The notes under the pieces were generated by a model. That model saw only the letters and a list, made by a program, of their open reading frames with translations, was not told the origin of the DNA and made no database searches. 64,000 nt of DNA, from positions 15,066,001 to 15,130,000 of the forward strand of contig CM052820.1 of the NCBI GenBank assembly GCA_028534125.1. The letters are read 5' to 3'. Position 1 is the stretch's first letter. Each line of letters begins with the position of its first letter. The position numbers and the translations under genes were made by a program. Shown piece after piece: positions 32,584 through 54,479 of the stretch. The stretch is from Lama glama (Eukaryota).

Positions 32584-33104
32584 AAGAAAAGGGCCCAGAA
32601 AAGATCTGAGAGTGGGTGGTTCCAAGCCCCAGAAATCAAATTAACTGTGTCCAAACCCCACCTTTGCCACTTACTACTTTGGACAGGTTATTCTCTCTGC
32701 GTTTCGATTTGGTCATGTATAAATGGGGACACTAAAGATACAAAGTTGACAGGGCAGGGATGAAGATTAAACGAGATAGCACGTTAAATTTTATCATAAA
32801 ACTAAAACTCATGAACGCTCCATGAACACTACCCATGTGGCTTTTATTATCACCAGGGTGCCTGTGGAGAGAGAGAGCACTCTGTACAGCACCCGTCGGA
32901 CCAGGTGAGCTGGCCAGGTGTTTTTATGCGGACTTCCTAACCCCGGGTAGGGGTGGGGGCAGGCGGTTCCCCGCTGTTCTAGCACCTCCGGGTCGGCAGA
33001 GGGCGCCCGTCACCGCCGCGGAGGAGGGCGGGTCGAGCGGCGGGGGCGGTTCGGGTCGCGGGATTGGGGGCGGGCCGAGCGGACGCAGGCCCGCGCGAAA
33101 GGCT

Positions 33105-42752
<9,648 letters not shown>

Positions 42753-42818
42753 GGCCTCTTGGAAAGACTTCTCTTGCACTCGAGAAGGGGACATTCTCAG
42801 CTGAGCTGAAGCTGGATT

Positions 42819-42824
42819 ATTAAA
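42819..42824 (+). terminator. DNPEP: DNPEP polyadenylation signal ATTAAA
   Basis: 66 nt after the stop codon; the same hexamer is kept at the equivalent place in two duplicated copies (51004, 63046). Confidence 0.75.
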
Positions 42825-43606
42825 GTGAATTTTTCACTCAAACTCATTCTGTAGTGCTAATTTAGAGGTTGGAGAGGTGGGAGTTCAACCTGGCTTAAAC
42901 TTCTGGAACCAGAACAGATGGGGAGGTTAGGGTACAGGTAGAAAAGGCTACAGCTTCTGGAAGTTGATGGAGGCCTGATTTCAAATCTCTTTTCTTTCTT
43001 TTTTAAGCTCCTGCTGGATGCAGAGGGTGGGTGGGTTCACAACGAGAGGTTACTTCTCCCATCCCCAGGCCTTCCATTCCTAGAGTAGTCCAGGAGCCCA
43101 GCTTGGTCCTCTCAGGCCTGGGTGCTCAGCATTAGCGCCCCCTTAGCTGCCCTGGGCAGCCCAGACTTTCCCTCCCTCCCCTAATCCCTCCCTGCCCATC
43201 CCAGGCACAGTAAAGAGGAGGACACAGTCTGGACTTCAGCCTCACCCTTCCTCATCCCCTTCACTTAGCAGCTGCTCGTGTTACTTGATTGTTAATGTAT
43301 TACCAAGAAAATATTATCACTGAAAAGATCAAAATAGGAAAAGTCAAAGTCTGCTCATAAACTCTTCTATCAAAACAGTTGTGCTAATTGCTGTCTTTCC
43401 AATTACTTGGATACCAATATAAAAATTTTTTATATAAAATGACCATTTAAGTTTTTAAAAACAAGATGCATAAACAATGCTTGTGGAGTTAAAACATACA
43501 TGATTAAACACAGTACCGTAAAACTCAGGAGAAGTATACGTGTTAAAGAGTCCTAAGGTTCTTGCAATGTCCAGGAAGAGAGTGAAGGAATCAGTTAATA
43601 CTATAC

Positions 43607-43737
43607 CTATTTTTTTCCCTGGGGGAGGTAATTTGGTTTACTCATTTATTTATATTTCTGATGGAGGTGCTGGGGATTGAACCCAGGACCTCATGCATGC
43701 TAGGCATGCATTCTACCACTGAGCTGTACCCTCCCCA
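43607..43737 (-). mobile_element. tRNA-Ala-derived camelid SINE
   Basis: Reverse-complement copy with TSD ttaata(c/t)tatac. Confidence 0.88.
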
Positions 43738-43821
43738 CTTAATATTATACTTTGAAGTCAAGGATACATACTGTAATTTTTAAGAAAACCACTAAAAGTT
43801 CAGAAAGAATCTATAGCTTCC

Positions 43822-44291
43822 ATTAGGGGTTGAATTGTGTCCGCCCAAAAATGTTGAAATCCTAACCCCTAGTACCTATCAGCGTGTTCTTACTTAGAAA
43901 TAGGGTCTTTGCAGATGATCAAGTTAAGATGAGGTCATTATTGTGGGTCCTCATCGAATATGACTGTGTCCTTGTAAAAAGGGGAAATGTGGACACACAG
44001 ACAGACATGCACAGAGGGAAGAAGATATGAAGACAGGGAGGATGCTGTGTGAAAATATAGGATCCGAGTGATGCATTTACAAGCCAAGGAGAGTCAAAGA
44101 TTGCCAGCAAACCACGTGAAGNNNNNNNNNNNNNNNNNNNNNNNNNNNNNNNNNNNNNNNNNNNNNNNNNNNNNNNNNNNNNNNNNNNNNNNNNNNNNNN
44201 NNNNNNNNNNNNNNNNNNNNNNNNNNNNNNNNNNNNNNNNNNNNNNNNNNNNNNNNNNNNNNNNNNNNNNNNNNNNNNNNNNNNNNNNNNN
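43822..44291 (+). mobile_element. MaLR LTR (MLT1-type), 3' part covered by an N run (44122-44291)
   Basis: gggttgaattgtgtcc...gaaatcctaacccctagtacc...gaaatagggtctttgcagatg. Confidence 0.8.
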
Positions 44292-47089
44292 TTCAAACTA
44301 ATTGAGTGAGGAAAATGGGGTAATAAAAAATAATAGGTCTATTCTGCAACTTCACTTCAAATGGTTCAGCAAAACCATATTATGTATGTAATAGAATATA
44401 GTAAAATGAGTTGACTCTAGGACAAAAAGCATTGACTCCAGGTAGAGAGACCGTAGGTGTTCATTGTACTATTTTTTTCAAACTTTTGTACGTTTGAACA
44501 TTTTTATACTAAAAGTGTGGGGACAAATTTTAAAAATTCAACCCGAAAGAAGGAGAAATGAGGAAAAAGAAGGCGAAGCAATAGAAAGCACTTAAGATGG
44601 TAGACAAACTCACATAGCTCTAGTTACAATATTAATAAGTGGACTAATTATATCGTGAAGTTGTTGCTTAAAAAAAGTGGACTGTTTCAGTTAAAATACA
44701 GAGACTGTCAGACTCAAAACAAAAAGATATAGAAAGCTGACAAAACATTACTATAGATTCTTTTTTGAATTTCACAAATGTCTTATATGTACTCTTTTTG
44801 TCCAGATTCTCAGATTCTTTTTTTTTTCCCCAATTTTCCTGGCTTATTTTGATCAATGTAGTATTTTTGAGATTTACCTATGTGGTAGCATCTGGAAGTA
44901 GTTCTTTCCTTTTTATTGCTAAATATTATTCTTTTATGTAACTATACCATAGTTTCTTCATCCATTCTCCTACTGACGATAATGGGTTGCTTCTAGTGTT
45001 TGTCTATGATGAAGAAAGCTCTTAAGAACATTCTAATACAAGTATATTTGTGGACAAATACTCATTACCCTTGGATATACAACTAGGAATAGAATTGCGA
45101 GATTATAGGATAGATGCATGCTTATTTTTATAAAACACTGCCAAACAAGTTTACAAAGTGGCTGTGCCATTTTACACACCCACCAGAAATATGAGAGTTG
45201 CAGTTGCTTTACACCTTTACCTACACTTGGTATTGTCAGTCTCTTTAATTTTAGCCATTCTATTCAGTGTGTAGTGGTAACTTACTGTGATTTTAATTTG
45301 CCTTTTCCTGATAAGTAATTTTGAGCACTTTTTTTTGTGAGCGTATTGGCCATTTGGATGTCCTTATGTGAAGTTACTATTCAAATATTTTGATCATTTT
45401 CACTGAATTATTTATCCTGGTCTTATTCATAATATTGAATATACATACACACATAGAACTTACATTCTGAATGTTTGTGTATGTACATATATATTCAGAA
45501 TCCAAGTCCATTAGATACATGCATCACATTGTCCCCCAGTGTGGGGCTAGTAAAGTTGATTGATTTTTAAAATATTTTTCAGTTTTATTGAGGTATAATT
45601 TACATACAAGAAACCGCACCCATTTAAAGTATACGATTCTGTGAATGTTTAGATATATACTCCTGATAAACCACTTCCACAATCAAGATCCAGAACATTC
45701 CCGTCACCCCCCCAAAAGATTCCTTGTACCCCCTGTGCAATCAATCAATCTCCCTCCACCCCTGAGCCCCAAGCAACCAGTAATCTGCTTTCTGTCACTG
45801 TAGATTAGTTTGCATTAGTTTTGCCTTTTTTGGAATTTTACATCAATGGAATCACGCAGTCTGTGATTTCTGTGTCTAGTGCATAATCACCCGATTGTTT
45901 CTCCTTAGATCTATTAACATGGAGAATTATGCTGATGGATTTTTTCCTAATATCAAGTCATACTTAGATTCCCAGAACACGTCACATTATATTATTTTTT
46001 AATGGGTCATTAATTGTGTTTGACAACATTTTATTTCACTTTATTTGGGATTTTTGTGTGTGTATTTATAAATAAGATTGATTTGCAGGGTTTTTGGTGT
46101 GTTACCAGGTTTAGGTATTTTACTTTTGCTTCATAAAAATGTTTTTGGAAAATTTCCTGTTTTATTTACTTATTTAATTATGCTCTGAACAATTTAAACA
46201 GCATCCTAGGATTATCTGTCTTGAAAATGTGTAGACTTCCCCTGCAAAATCGTACTGACCTTGATGCTGCTTTGTGGAAATTTCTTTCATAAATTTCTCT
46301 ATTTGTTGTATGGAAATTGGTGTGCTTAAACTTTCTATCTCTAATGGCATCAATTTTTGTAAATTTTATGTTTTAGAAGTTGGTCATGTTATCTAAGTGC
46401 TCATATTTATTTGCATGGTTCTCTAAAGCAGTCTCACTGGTAAGTTTTTCTCCTCTGGGTAATAATTTCTCCCTCTAATTTCATAATTTCTCTCCTCTCT
46501 CTCTCCTCCCCTTCCCCCATTTCCCTCCTTTCTTCTTCTTCCTCTTCTTCCTTTTTGCATTTTTTCATTCTCCCTTTTTCTCTTAAGTTAGCTAGTAGTT
46601 TGCCTATTTGGTGGATCTTTTCTTAAGTACCGGCGGGGGTATGTATTCATTAGTGCTAAGCATGTTGGTGATAAACCTGCCTGCTGTTGTATCTCAATTA
46701 CCAAGCCTCTCACTCACTGGGGACGGCAGTGGTGGCTGTCCTCTCAGGCAGGGTTGACGGCAGGGAACGCTGCTTCGGAACTGAGCTCCCTAGTGTTGAT
46801 GTGATAATGGCATTCAGAACGGCAGAGACCAGGTGGCAGCACTTTACCACGAGAGTTGGTAGTATTTTGTGTCTCCCAATTATGCTGTAAGCACAGGTTC
46901 TGAGTATTTTTATTTCCTTCTTTCTCCTTTTTGTTAAACTGCATGATTTCTGGAGGATTCTTAGAGAGATTTGGACTCAGGCAGCTGCTGATAGCCCATG
47001 GGGACTGCAAATGTTACTTGTAATAGTAAAATGTTGACGGTGTTTGCAGAGGGCGCTGTGGGTAACCTAACTGCGTCTCTCACTCTTCC

Positions 47090-47515
47090 CACTTCAGTGA
47101 ACTTGACCCCACTTCCAACTGCCAATATCTGTACTTCTTTGCCTGCAGGCTTTCTTTTGCTGCTTGACTACAGTTTTCCACTCACATGGCAGTTGGAAAT
47201 GCTAGGGAACTCATGCTCTCTACCCCAGAGCAGCTCTAACCAGTGACTGGTGAGACTTTGGGTATGAATCCCCCAGCTCCCGCATGTCTTGGGTGAGATA
47301 ACTCCCCAAGGTGTGTAGTTTACACTAGCTCCCAGAGTCTCTCCAGCAGGATTAAGCCCAGAATTAAGCCTGATAACACACCCCTTTATTGGCCACCCTC
47401 CCTTCCTTGTCTCACTGCCCCGCATCCCTACCAGTGTTCTCCTTCACCTCCCAAATAAACTCCTTGCCCTCAGATTCTTGTCTGGGGTCTGCTTCTGGGG
47501 AAACCTAAAGTAAGT
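47090..47515 (+). mobile_element. ERVL LTR (LTR16-like)
   Basis: Ends cccaaataaactccttgccctcagattcttgtctggggtctgcttctggggaaacc, typical of this LTR group. Confidence 0.7.
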
Positions 47516-50024
47516 TAGAATTCCTTTGAAATTGAGAATAAGTTAAGAATGCCTGCTATTCTGTTTCTATTGAACACTGTACTGTAGGTCCTGAATTGGA
47601 GTGGGCAACTCCGAGTGTATGGTGAATAGAAGACATGAAAGTTGGGGGTGGAGAGAGGGAGGTGATTCCTTAGGAGAAAGTGTCTCACACTTCCTGGAAG
47701 CAGTTTCATGGTAGCAGGGCTCAGAAGGGAGGTTGGCTTTGAGTTCGAATTACTACTATTAATCACCATAGGTTTTAATGTGCAAATCATGCCTTAGTGT
47801 TTTCAAAGCACTCTTTACATCTTCAGCCTCATTTGATTCTCATAACAGCATCATTATTAAATTCCCGCTTGATCACATAATACATGCCAAGCACTGTGCT
47901 AAGAAACTTACATGCATTGGCTCCTGTCATTCTCTCAACGACTCTCTGAAGTTAGTCATTTCATAGATGAGAAAACTGAAGCTTGGCAAGTTTAATTAAA
48001 TTTCCCTTGGTCACAGAGCTAGTAAGAACAGGGACTCAAATACTGAGCTGGGCAGAAGGCAAACTCCTGCACCCCAGCCAGTCTCTGGATTCCTCCACCT
48101 TGTGGTCGCTGTGCACTTTAGGGAAAGTGGAAATTCAAATCACACTCTGGTTTCTGGGGTGGGTCTGTCAGACTGGCCCAAGTGTTAGCTCATTCCATCC
48201 TTTCACCATGATATCACTAGAGATGTGAAGACTCAGAAGTTGGAGCACACGCCCAGCCTCCATGGCCCGGAGACCTGCTCAAGGGATGGGCAGGCGACCT
48301 TTCCCACCAAAACCACCAGGCCAAGGTATGTGAGGCCTGTGCCCTGTCCACACTGCACATGTCTGGTAGACAGAGCAATTGGGAAGGAAATGAGTTTTAG
48401 GGCTATAGGTAGGAGCTGTCAGAAGTCCTATGAATAGAATGAAGACAGGGCCTGTCTGATTTCAGCCAGAAGCAACCCCATGATCCATTAGTGATGTCTG
48501 CAAAGGGAGGGGAGTGGGAAGCACACCTTCTATTTGCTATCCCCAACTTAATCTTTGTCTTCTAGGGGCAAGCTCCAAGAGAAACTGCCACTGTTTTTCC
48601 CTAGGGTGAGAGTCCTTCATGGATTTTGGGCCTCTTCTCTTCTTCCCTGGGCCCTTTCACCCTTTTCTCTTCACCTTTGACTCCTGGCTTCCCTCCCCTC
48701 AGAGCCCAGTGACCGAGGTGAACAGGGAGCAATGCTTGAACTCTGAAGTGGTTTCAGAGGCCCTGAACCAAGAGGTGACCAACCCCAGCAAGGCCTTGCT
48801 GTGTGTGTTTTGGTGAGGGGGGCTGGCCTTGTCCAGGAAGGCTGAGCCAGCCAAGAGTCTGTTTAAAGAGGGAGGCAAGGTGAAGGAAGGGACAGGTGTT
48901 GGCTGATAAGGAATGACAGGACTCCACTGAGCCTGATGGAGAACCTTCAGGAAGAGAGGGCCTGGAGGATAGGAAAGAACAGCGCTTTCAGTACAGACAA
49001 AGCCAGCCCAATCCTGGCTCTGTCGCTGCCCAGCTGTGACCTTGGACACATTATCCAAGCCCTTCAAGTCCCTTCTTCCACAGCTGTGAAATGGGGATGG
49101 TAGTCATGGTGACCCTCAGGGATTGATGTAAGAATTAAAGACAACTGTATGAAAAACGCCTTGGCTGCCAGTGGTTGCTGGATTCTAAGGGAGATTCTTC
49201 CTTTTGCCCACTGGAGGGTGCCCCCACAAGCATCTTTACACAGACACCTTTACACAGATTGCAGAAATGTGAGATACAGGGGCTGCGGGTCTCCAGTGGC
49301 CTGGTGTTCTGTAAGATCAAGCACAGGCACAGAGCTCGAAGGACCTGCAGAAATCTACTTCAGAACTTGTCTAACTTAAAAAGTATATACACAAGCCCTG
49401 TTTTTCTAAGAAAATCTTCAGTATGACATGACCCTAATCCTCCCCTCACCCACCCATCCGTATGTATTATACGTACATACATAAAGATTTTGTCCTAAAA
49501 TGAAGTGGGAGAGACGTAGCCAGAGCACCTTACATTCAGCCTCCCCCTTGCTCTTCTCTTGGTGTCGAGGAATTCACCTGAGTAAAGCTTTCAGGCATCT
49601 CCTTGGGACCCTTAAGTTCTTTGGCGCCAGGAGAGAAAATCTCCCATCTAATAGATATCTACCCGTCTTTACAGATGAGAAACTGAATGGGCAGGTGTGG
49701 AGCAGAACTAGACCAAGTGTCCTGACTCCCAGCCGTCCCTCTGCACTGCCCACACCCTTCCTCCCAGGGACCCTGGTAGAGGTTGGGCTGCTTCACACCT
49801 CAGACTTTTTTATTCAAGGATTGCCTGAGGAGGTGACTACTTGAACTTTAACCTAAAGGACACAAAGAAACAGCCAGGGGGAGAGCTGGAGGAAGAGTCC
49901 GGAAGGCGGGGAGAAGCAAATACAGTCGCCCTTAGGTGTGATGGTAGAACTTTCAGGGCAATGGACAGTATGGCCTGTGGCAGGAGAGGAGCTTGGAGAT
50001 GAGGCCCAGGACTACTCAAGGTTT

Positions 50025-50155
50025 TTTTTTTCAAACATTTTTTTATTGAGTTATAGTCATTGTACAATGCTGTGTCAAAGTCCAGTGTAGAGCACAATTT
50101 TTCAGTTATACATGAACATACATATATTCATTGTCACATTTTTTTTCGCTGTGAG
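50025..50155 (-). mobile_element. Short LINE-1 3' end inside copy A
   Basis: Poly(T) start and TSD ctcaaggttt at 50015 and 50156. Confidence 0.8.
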
Positions 50156-51650
50156 CTCAAGGTTTATAATCTACAGACAGCCTCTGGGTTTGATTCAAAA
50201 TGCAGTGGGAAATCATCAGGGGATTTTAAAGGAAAGAACAGGAAAATATGATAAATATTTTCTAAAGTTACACTGATGCTGATGGAAAAATAGATTATGA
50301 AATGGACAAGAAGAGAAGCAAGTAGACATTTTTGGGGCTACTGAGTTATCCAGACAGGATCTGTTGGTACCTCAGACTAAGATCGGGGCAGCGTTGCTGA
50401 GAAGCTCCACCTGGGCTCTGTCTGGAGGCGGCCTGCTCCTCAGAGGCACTCCAGCCCTTCACCCCTTTCAGAGACACTAGTCCCATCCCTGTCACCATGG
50501 CAGCAGAGCTTCCTTAGCTCGTATTGGCTGCTGGACCACATTATCGGTCCTGTGACTGACCCTGTGATGAGGACTGGTTACCATGGTTCTATCAAGTATG
50601 TAAACAAGGAGCTGCCAGTCTCCTCCAGGCTCAGGGGACGAACCAGCCCTGTGTCTAACAGAAAATCTGTGGTAGGAGATGGGACTAGAGACGGGGGCCA
50701 GGGGAGGGCCTGCAGTCTGACAGTTCCTGAGCCACTAGTCTCAGGGCCTATTCAGATCAAGACTGCTATTGAGATTCCTTCTGAATTTGGTTGAGGTGGG
50801 GTGGGTGAGGGAGTAGCAACACCTACCTCATTGCATTCACTGAAAATTGCTAGTTTCTTCCCATTTTAGGGTGTTCTTGAGCTGTTCCCTACTCTGAGTC
50901 ACAACCTTGCAGCTGATTAAGGCCTCAGGGGAAGCCTCCCATCCTCCACACCTTCCCTGGTGCTTTCCAGAAGGGCAATTTCAGGCTGATCCAAATATGG
51001 GTTATTAAAGCCAATTTCCAAGCAAACTCTTTCTACAGACTTGTCTAGAAGTAGGATGGGCGGGGCTTGGACCTGACCAGAGTCTCAGAGGTGAGAGAAG
51101 TGGGATCCGAACACAGGGGAGCTTGGGGTATGGAGGACAGAGAGCACAGCCCCTGGTTGCCCTGCAGGCCTGGTTTCAGATCCCTTCCTCCTCCCACAGC
51201 CCATTTCTAAGGCAGGTTAGAGGCAAGGTGGAATTGCAGCCAGAGCAGCAGCCATCCCTACTCATAGCCTTCAGATGTTTCTCCTTGGTCTTCCTTCCAT
51301 TTGTGGAAGGAAAATGTTCTCTCCAGAGCCCAAGTCTGAAAGGCCTGGTATGTTGCTCTGCCTTTTGAGGTTCACGGTATCCTCTGAGCATTGGGGTCCC
51401 CTACAGAGAAGTCATGCCAGTCCTGGCCCCAAGAAACCACACAGAGAATAATGCAGCTAAAGGCTATGCACATTTAACAGGTTGATATCTGTGGCCAGTT
51501 TGCCCTGGGAGGCAGGAAATTAGTCACCATTGCTCAACACAGCCGAACTCCAGCTGTCGCGTGTTCCAGGATTTACATTTCTCAAAGCACCTCACACTCA
51601 GTTCATTTGATCCTTGCAAATAGGAGCACATGGAAAAGTATCAAGACCAC

Positions 51651-52022
51651 TGTCTTAATCTGTTTGGGCTGCTATAACAAAATACCATAAACGTGGTGGC
51701 TTGTAAACAACGGAAATTTATTTCTCATAATTCTAGAGGCTGGGAAGACCAAGATTAAAGCCCTGGCAGATTAGGTGTCTGGTGAGGGCCTGCTTCTTGG
51801 CTCATAGATGGCACCATCTTGCTGTAACTTCACATGGTGGAAGGGTGAGAGNNNNNNNNNNNNNNNNNNNNNNNNNNNNNNNNNNNNNNNNNNNNNNNNN
51901 NNNNNNNNNNNNNNNNNNNNNNNNNNNNNNNNNNNNNNNNNNNNNNNNNNNNNNNNNNNNNNNNNNNNNNNNNNNNNNNNNNNNNNNNNNNNNNNNNNNN
52001 NNNNNNNNNNNNNNNNNNNNNN
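51651..52022 (-). mobile_element. MaLR LTR (MLT1A-like), partly covered by an N run (51852-52022)
   Basis: tgtcttaatctgtttgggctgctataacaaaataccataaac...aaatttatttctcataattctagaggctgggaag. Confidence 0.8.
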
Positions 52023-52334
52023 TTATAGAGCCCAGAGAAATTAAGAGACACTCCTCTGGTAATACAGACTTCATCATGCTGCCAGTACATGTCCCCTTCC
52101 CCATAACCTTGCATCTAAGGACATAGCTAAATATAATACTCATCATATTTACTATCTCTAGTTCTTATTAGTGAGGTTGACCCCTACCACCCATCTTACT
52201 TTTTCCCATCATGTGTTTACTTTGCCTGGCCACTGGGATAAATGGTTCCTGCCTCAAGGCAATTGAAGACTAGCGAGGGAAGTAAATCATAGATATAACA
52301 CATTTATGCAATAGATACTTATTGAACACATGTG

Positions 52335-54425
52335 TAATTGACCCCATAGGATCCCTGCTTTGTGTCTCCTACCCAGTCTCTGAGCTCATAAGCAGCTGGA
52401 CAGTGTCTGCATGTGCTGACACCTTCCCACCTCAAGCCATGGGATTTCTCATCCAGTGGATTCTCTGGAATGCCTGGAAACTTGCCTACTTATGCTCAAG
52501 ACAGTCTTGAATTATCTGGGATTTAACACCCTCAGAGGCAGCCCTCAAACAGGTAAGGTCTTAGTTTAGTAGTAAATGTCCCAACATATCCTGTTCTTGT
52601 TGGAGTCAATCTGAGACAATTTCTACAGATGCTCAGGTGTCTCCAGCAGGGTATACTCCCAGTTTCTTACTGTGAAGGATAACTTTCTATGTCAGTTTGC
52701 CTGGGTTAAGGGATGCCCACATAGCTGGTAGAGCATTATTTCTGAGTGTATCTGTGATGATATCTCTGGAAGAGATTAACATTTGAAACAGCAGATTGAG
52801 TAAAGAAGATCACCAATGCAGATGGGCATTATTCAATCCGCAGAGGACCTGAATAGAATAAAAAAGTGGAAGAAGGGCAATTTGCTCTCTCTACTTGCGC
52901 TGAGATAGCCATCTTTCCCTGCTCCTGGACATCAGTGCCTCTGGTTCTTGGGCCTTTGGACCCAGACTGAATTACAGCACCAGCTCTCCTGGTTCTGTGC
53001 TTGCAGGTGGCAGAATACGGGACTTCTCAACCTCCACAATTGTGTGCTTGACCTTTCCTTCCTTATTTTGAATTATTGAAACAGTTTTAAGTGTTCTAGT
53101 TTAATGTATCAATTGTGGTTTTTACTATCTTTCTATAGTTTTTTATGTGGTTGCTCTGAGGATCAGAGTATACATAAGTTTTCACAGTCTACTTATAATC
53201 ACTGTTTCACCATTTCAAGTGGAATGGTAGAAATCTCACCAGCATACAGTTCCCATTACTCTCCCACAATTCTGTTGTAGTTGTCAACCAGAATCAGTAA
53301 CATCTTTATACATTGAAGCCTTTATCAGACAATGTTATAATTCTTGCTTCCAACCATCATACATGTTTTAAATGATTCTAGAGGAAACAAATAGTATACA
53401 ATACTCATCCAGATATTTCCCACTTCTATTGTTCCTCCTTCATCCTGACATTTCAAGTTTCCTTCAGATACTGTTTCCCTTTATCCGAAGAACTTCCTTC
53501 AGCAATTCTTGTAGCGCAGGTATGCTTGCAATTAATTAATTTTTCTTCATCTTAATTTCACTTTCATTCCTGAAGTGTATTTTACTGGATATAAAATCCT
53601 GGGTTAACAGCTCATTTCTTCACCGCTCAAAATATGTTATTACACTTCCTTCTGGGCCCCATGGTTTATAATGAAAAATCCACTGTCATTTGGATTATAG
53701 TTCTCCTTTAAGTGATGTGCTATTTTTCCTCTCTGGATTTTTTCAAGATTTTTTTCTTTGTTTTTAGTTTTTAGATGTCTGCCTATGATGTATCAGGACA
53801 CGGATTTTTTTCAGGTTTATCCTGTTTGGAATTCACTGAACTTATTGACTCTATAAATTCATGATTTTGACAAATTTGGGAAGTTTTCAGCCATGATTTC
53901 TTCAAGTTTTTTTTTTCTTAATATACTACCTTTTTCCTCCTCTCCTTCAGGGACTCCAGCAACATGAATGTTAGACTCTGTGTATTCTCCCACAGGTCTA
54001 TGAGGCTCTGCTAACTTCCCCCCCCCCAATATTTTGTCTCTGTTGTTCTGATTGCATCATGTCTATTGATCCATCTTTAAGTTAACTAACACTTTCCTTT
54101 GTCATTCTTATTCTGTTGTTGAACTTACCTAGTGAATTTTTATTTTTGTTATTGTATTTTCCATTTCTATATAGCACATTAGAAGAACAAACAGAACAGC
54201 TAGTAGGAGGAGATGTGATTGGAGAAGTAAGCTCAAACAACAAGTTTATACTGTATAGCACAGGGAACCATATTCAATATCTTGTAGTAACTTATGGTGA
54301 AAAAGAATATTAAAGTGAATATATGTATGTTCCTATGTGACTGAAGTATTGTGCTGTACACCAGATATTGACACAACATTGTAAACTGACTATACTTCAA
54401 TAAAAAAATATTAAAAAAAAAAAAG
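52335..54425. mobile_element. Repeat cluster: LTR16-like, MLT2-like (about 52670-53050), antisense L1M (about 53050-54170), L1 3' end (about 54236-54425)
   Basis: Recognisable LTR and L1 motifs; internal boundaries approximate. Confidence 0.65.
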
Positions 54426-54479
54426 TAATCCCAGAACTGACCACATAGAGTCTTGCAGGTAATAGTAAAGAGTCTAGAT

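Larger units (their letters stand above)
47600..52100 (+). pseudogene. RESP18-like unprocessed paralog relic (copy A): equivalents of exons 3-6 with introns; exons 1-2 not found
   Basis: Exon equivalents 48208-48325, 48566-48605, 48703-48792, 50870-50920; ATTAAA at 51004. Exon 3 acceptor removed by a 21-nt deletion and exon 5 donor reads GC. Outer bounds approximate. Confidence 0.88.

Noticed and set aside
47590-47615. ttggagtgggcaactccg as the RESP18 exon 2 equivalent of copy A
   Set aside because: Match is too short and it sits where intron 2, not exon 2, should align.
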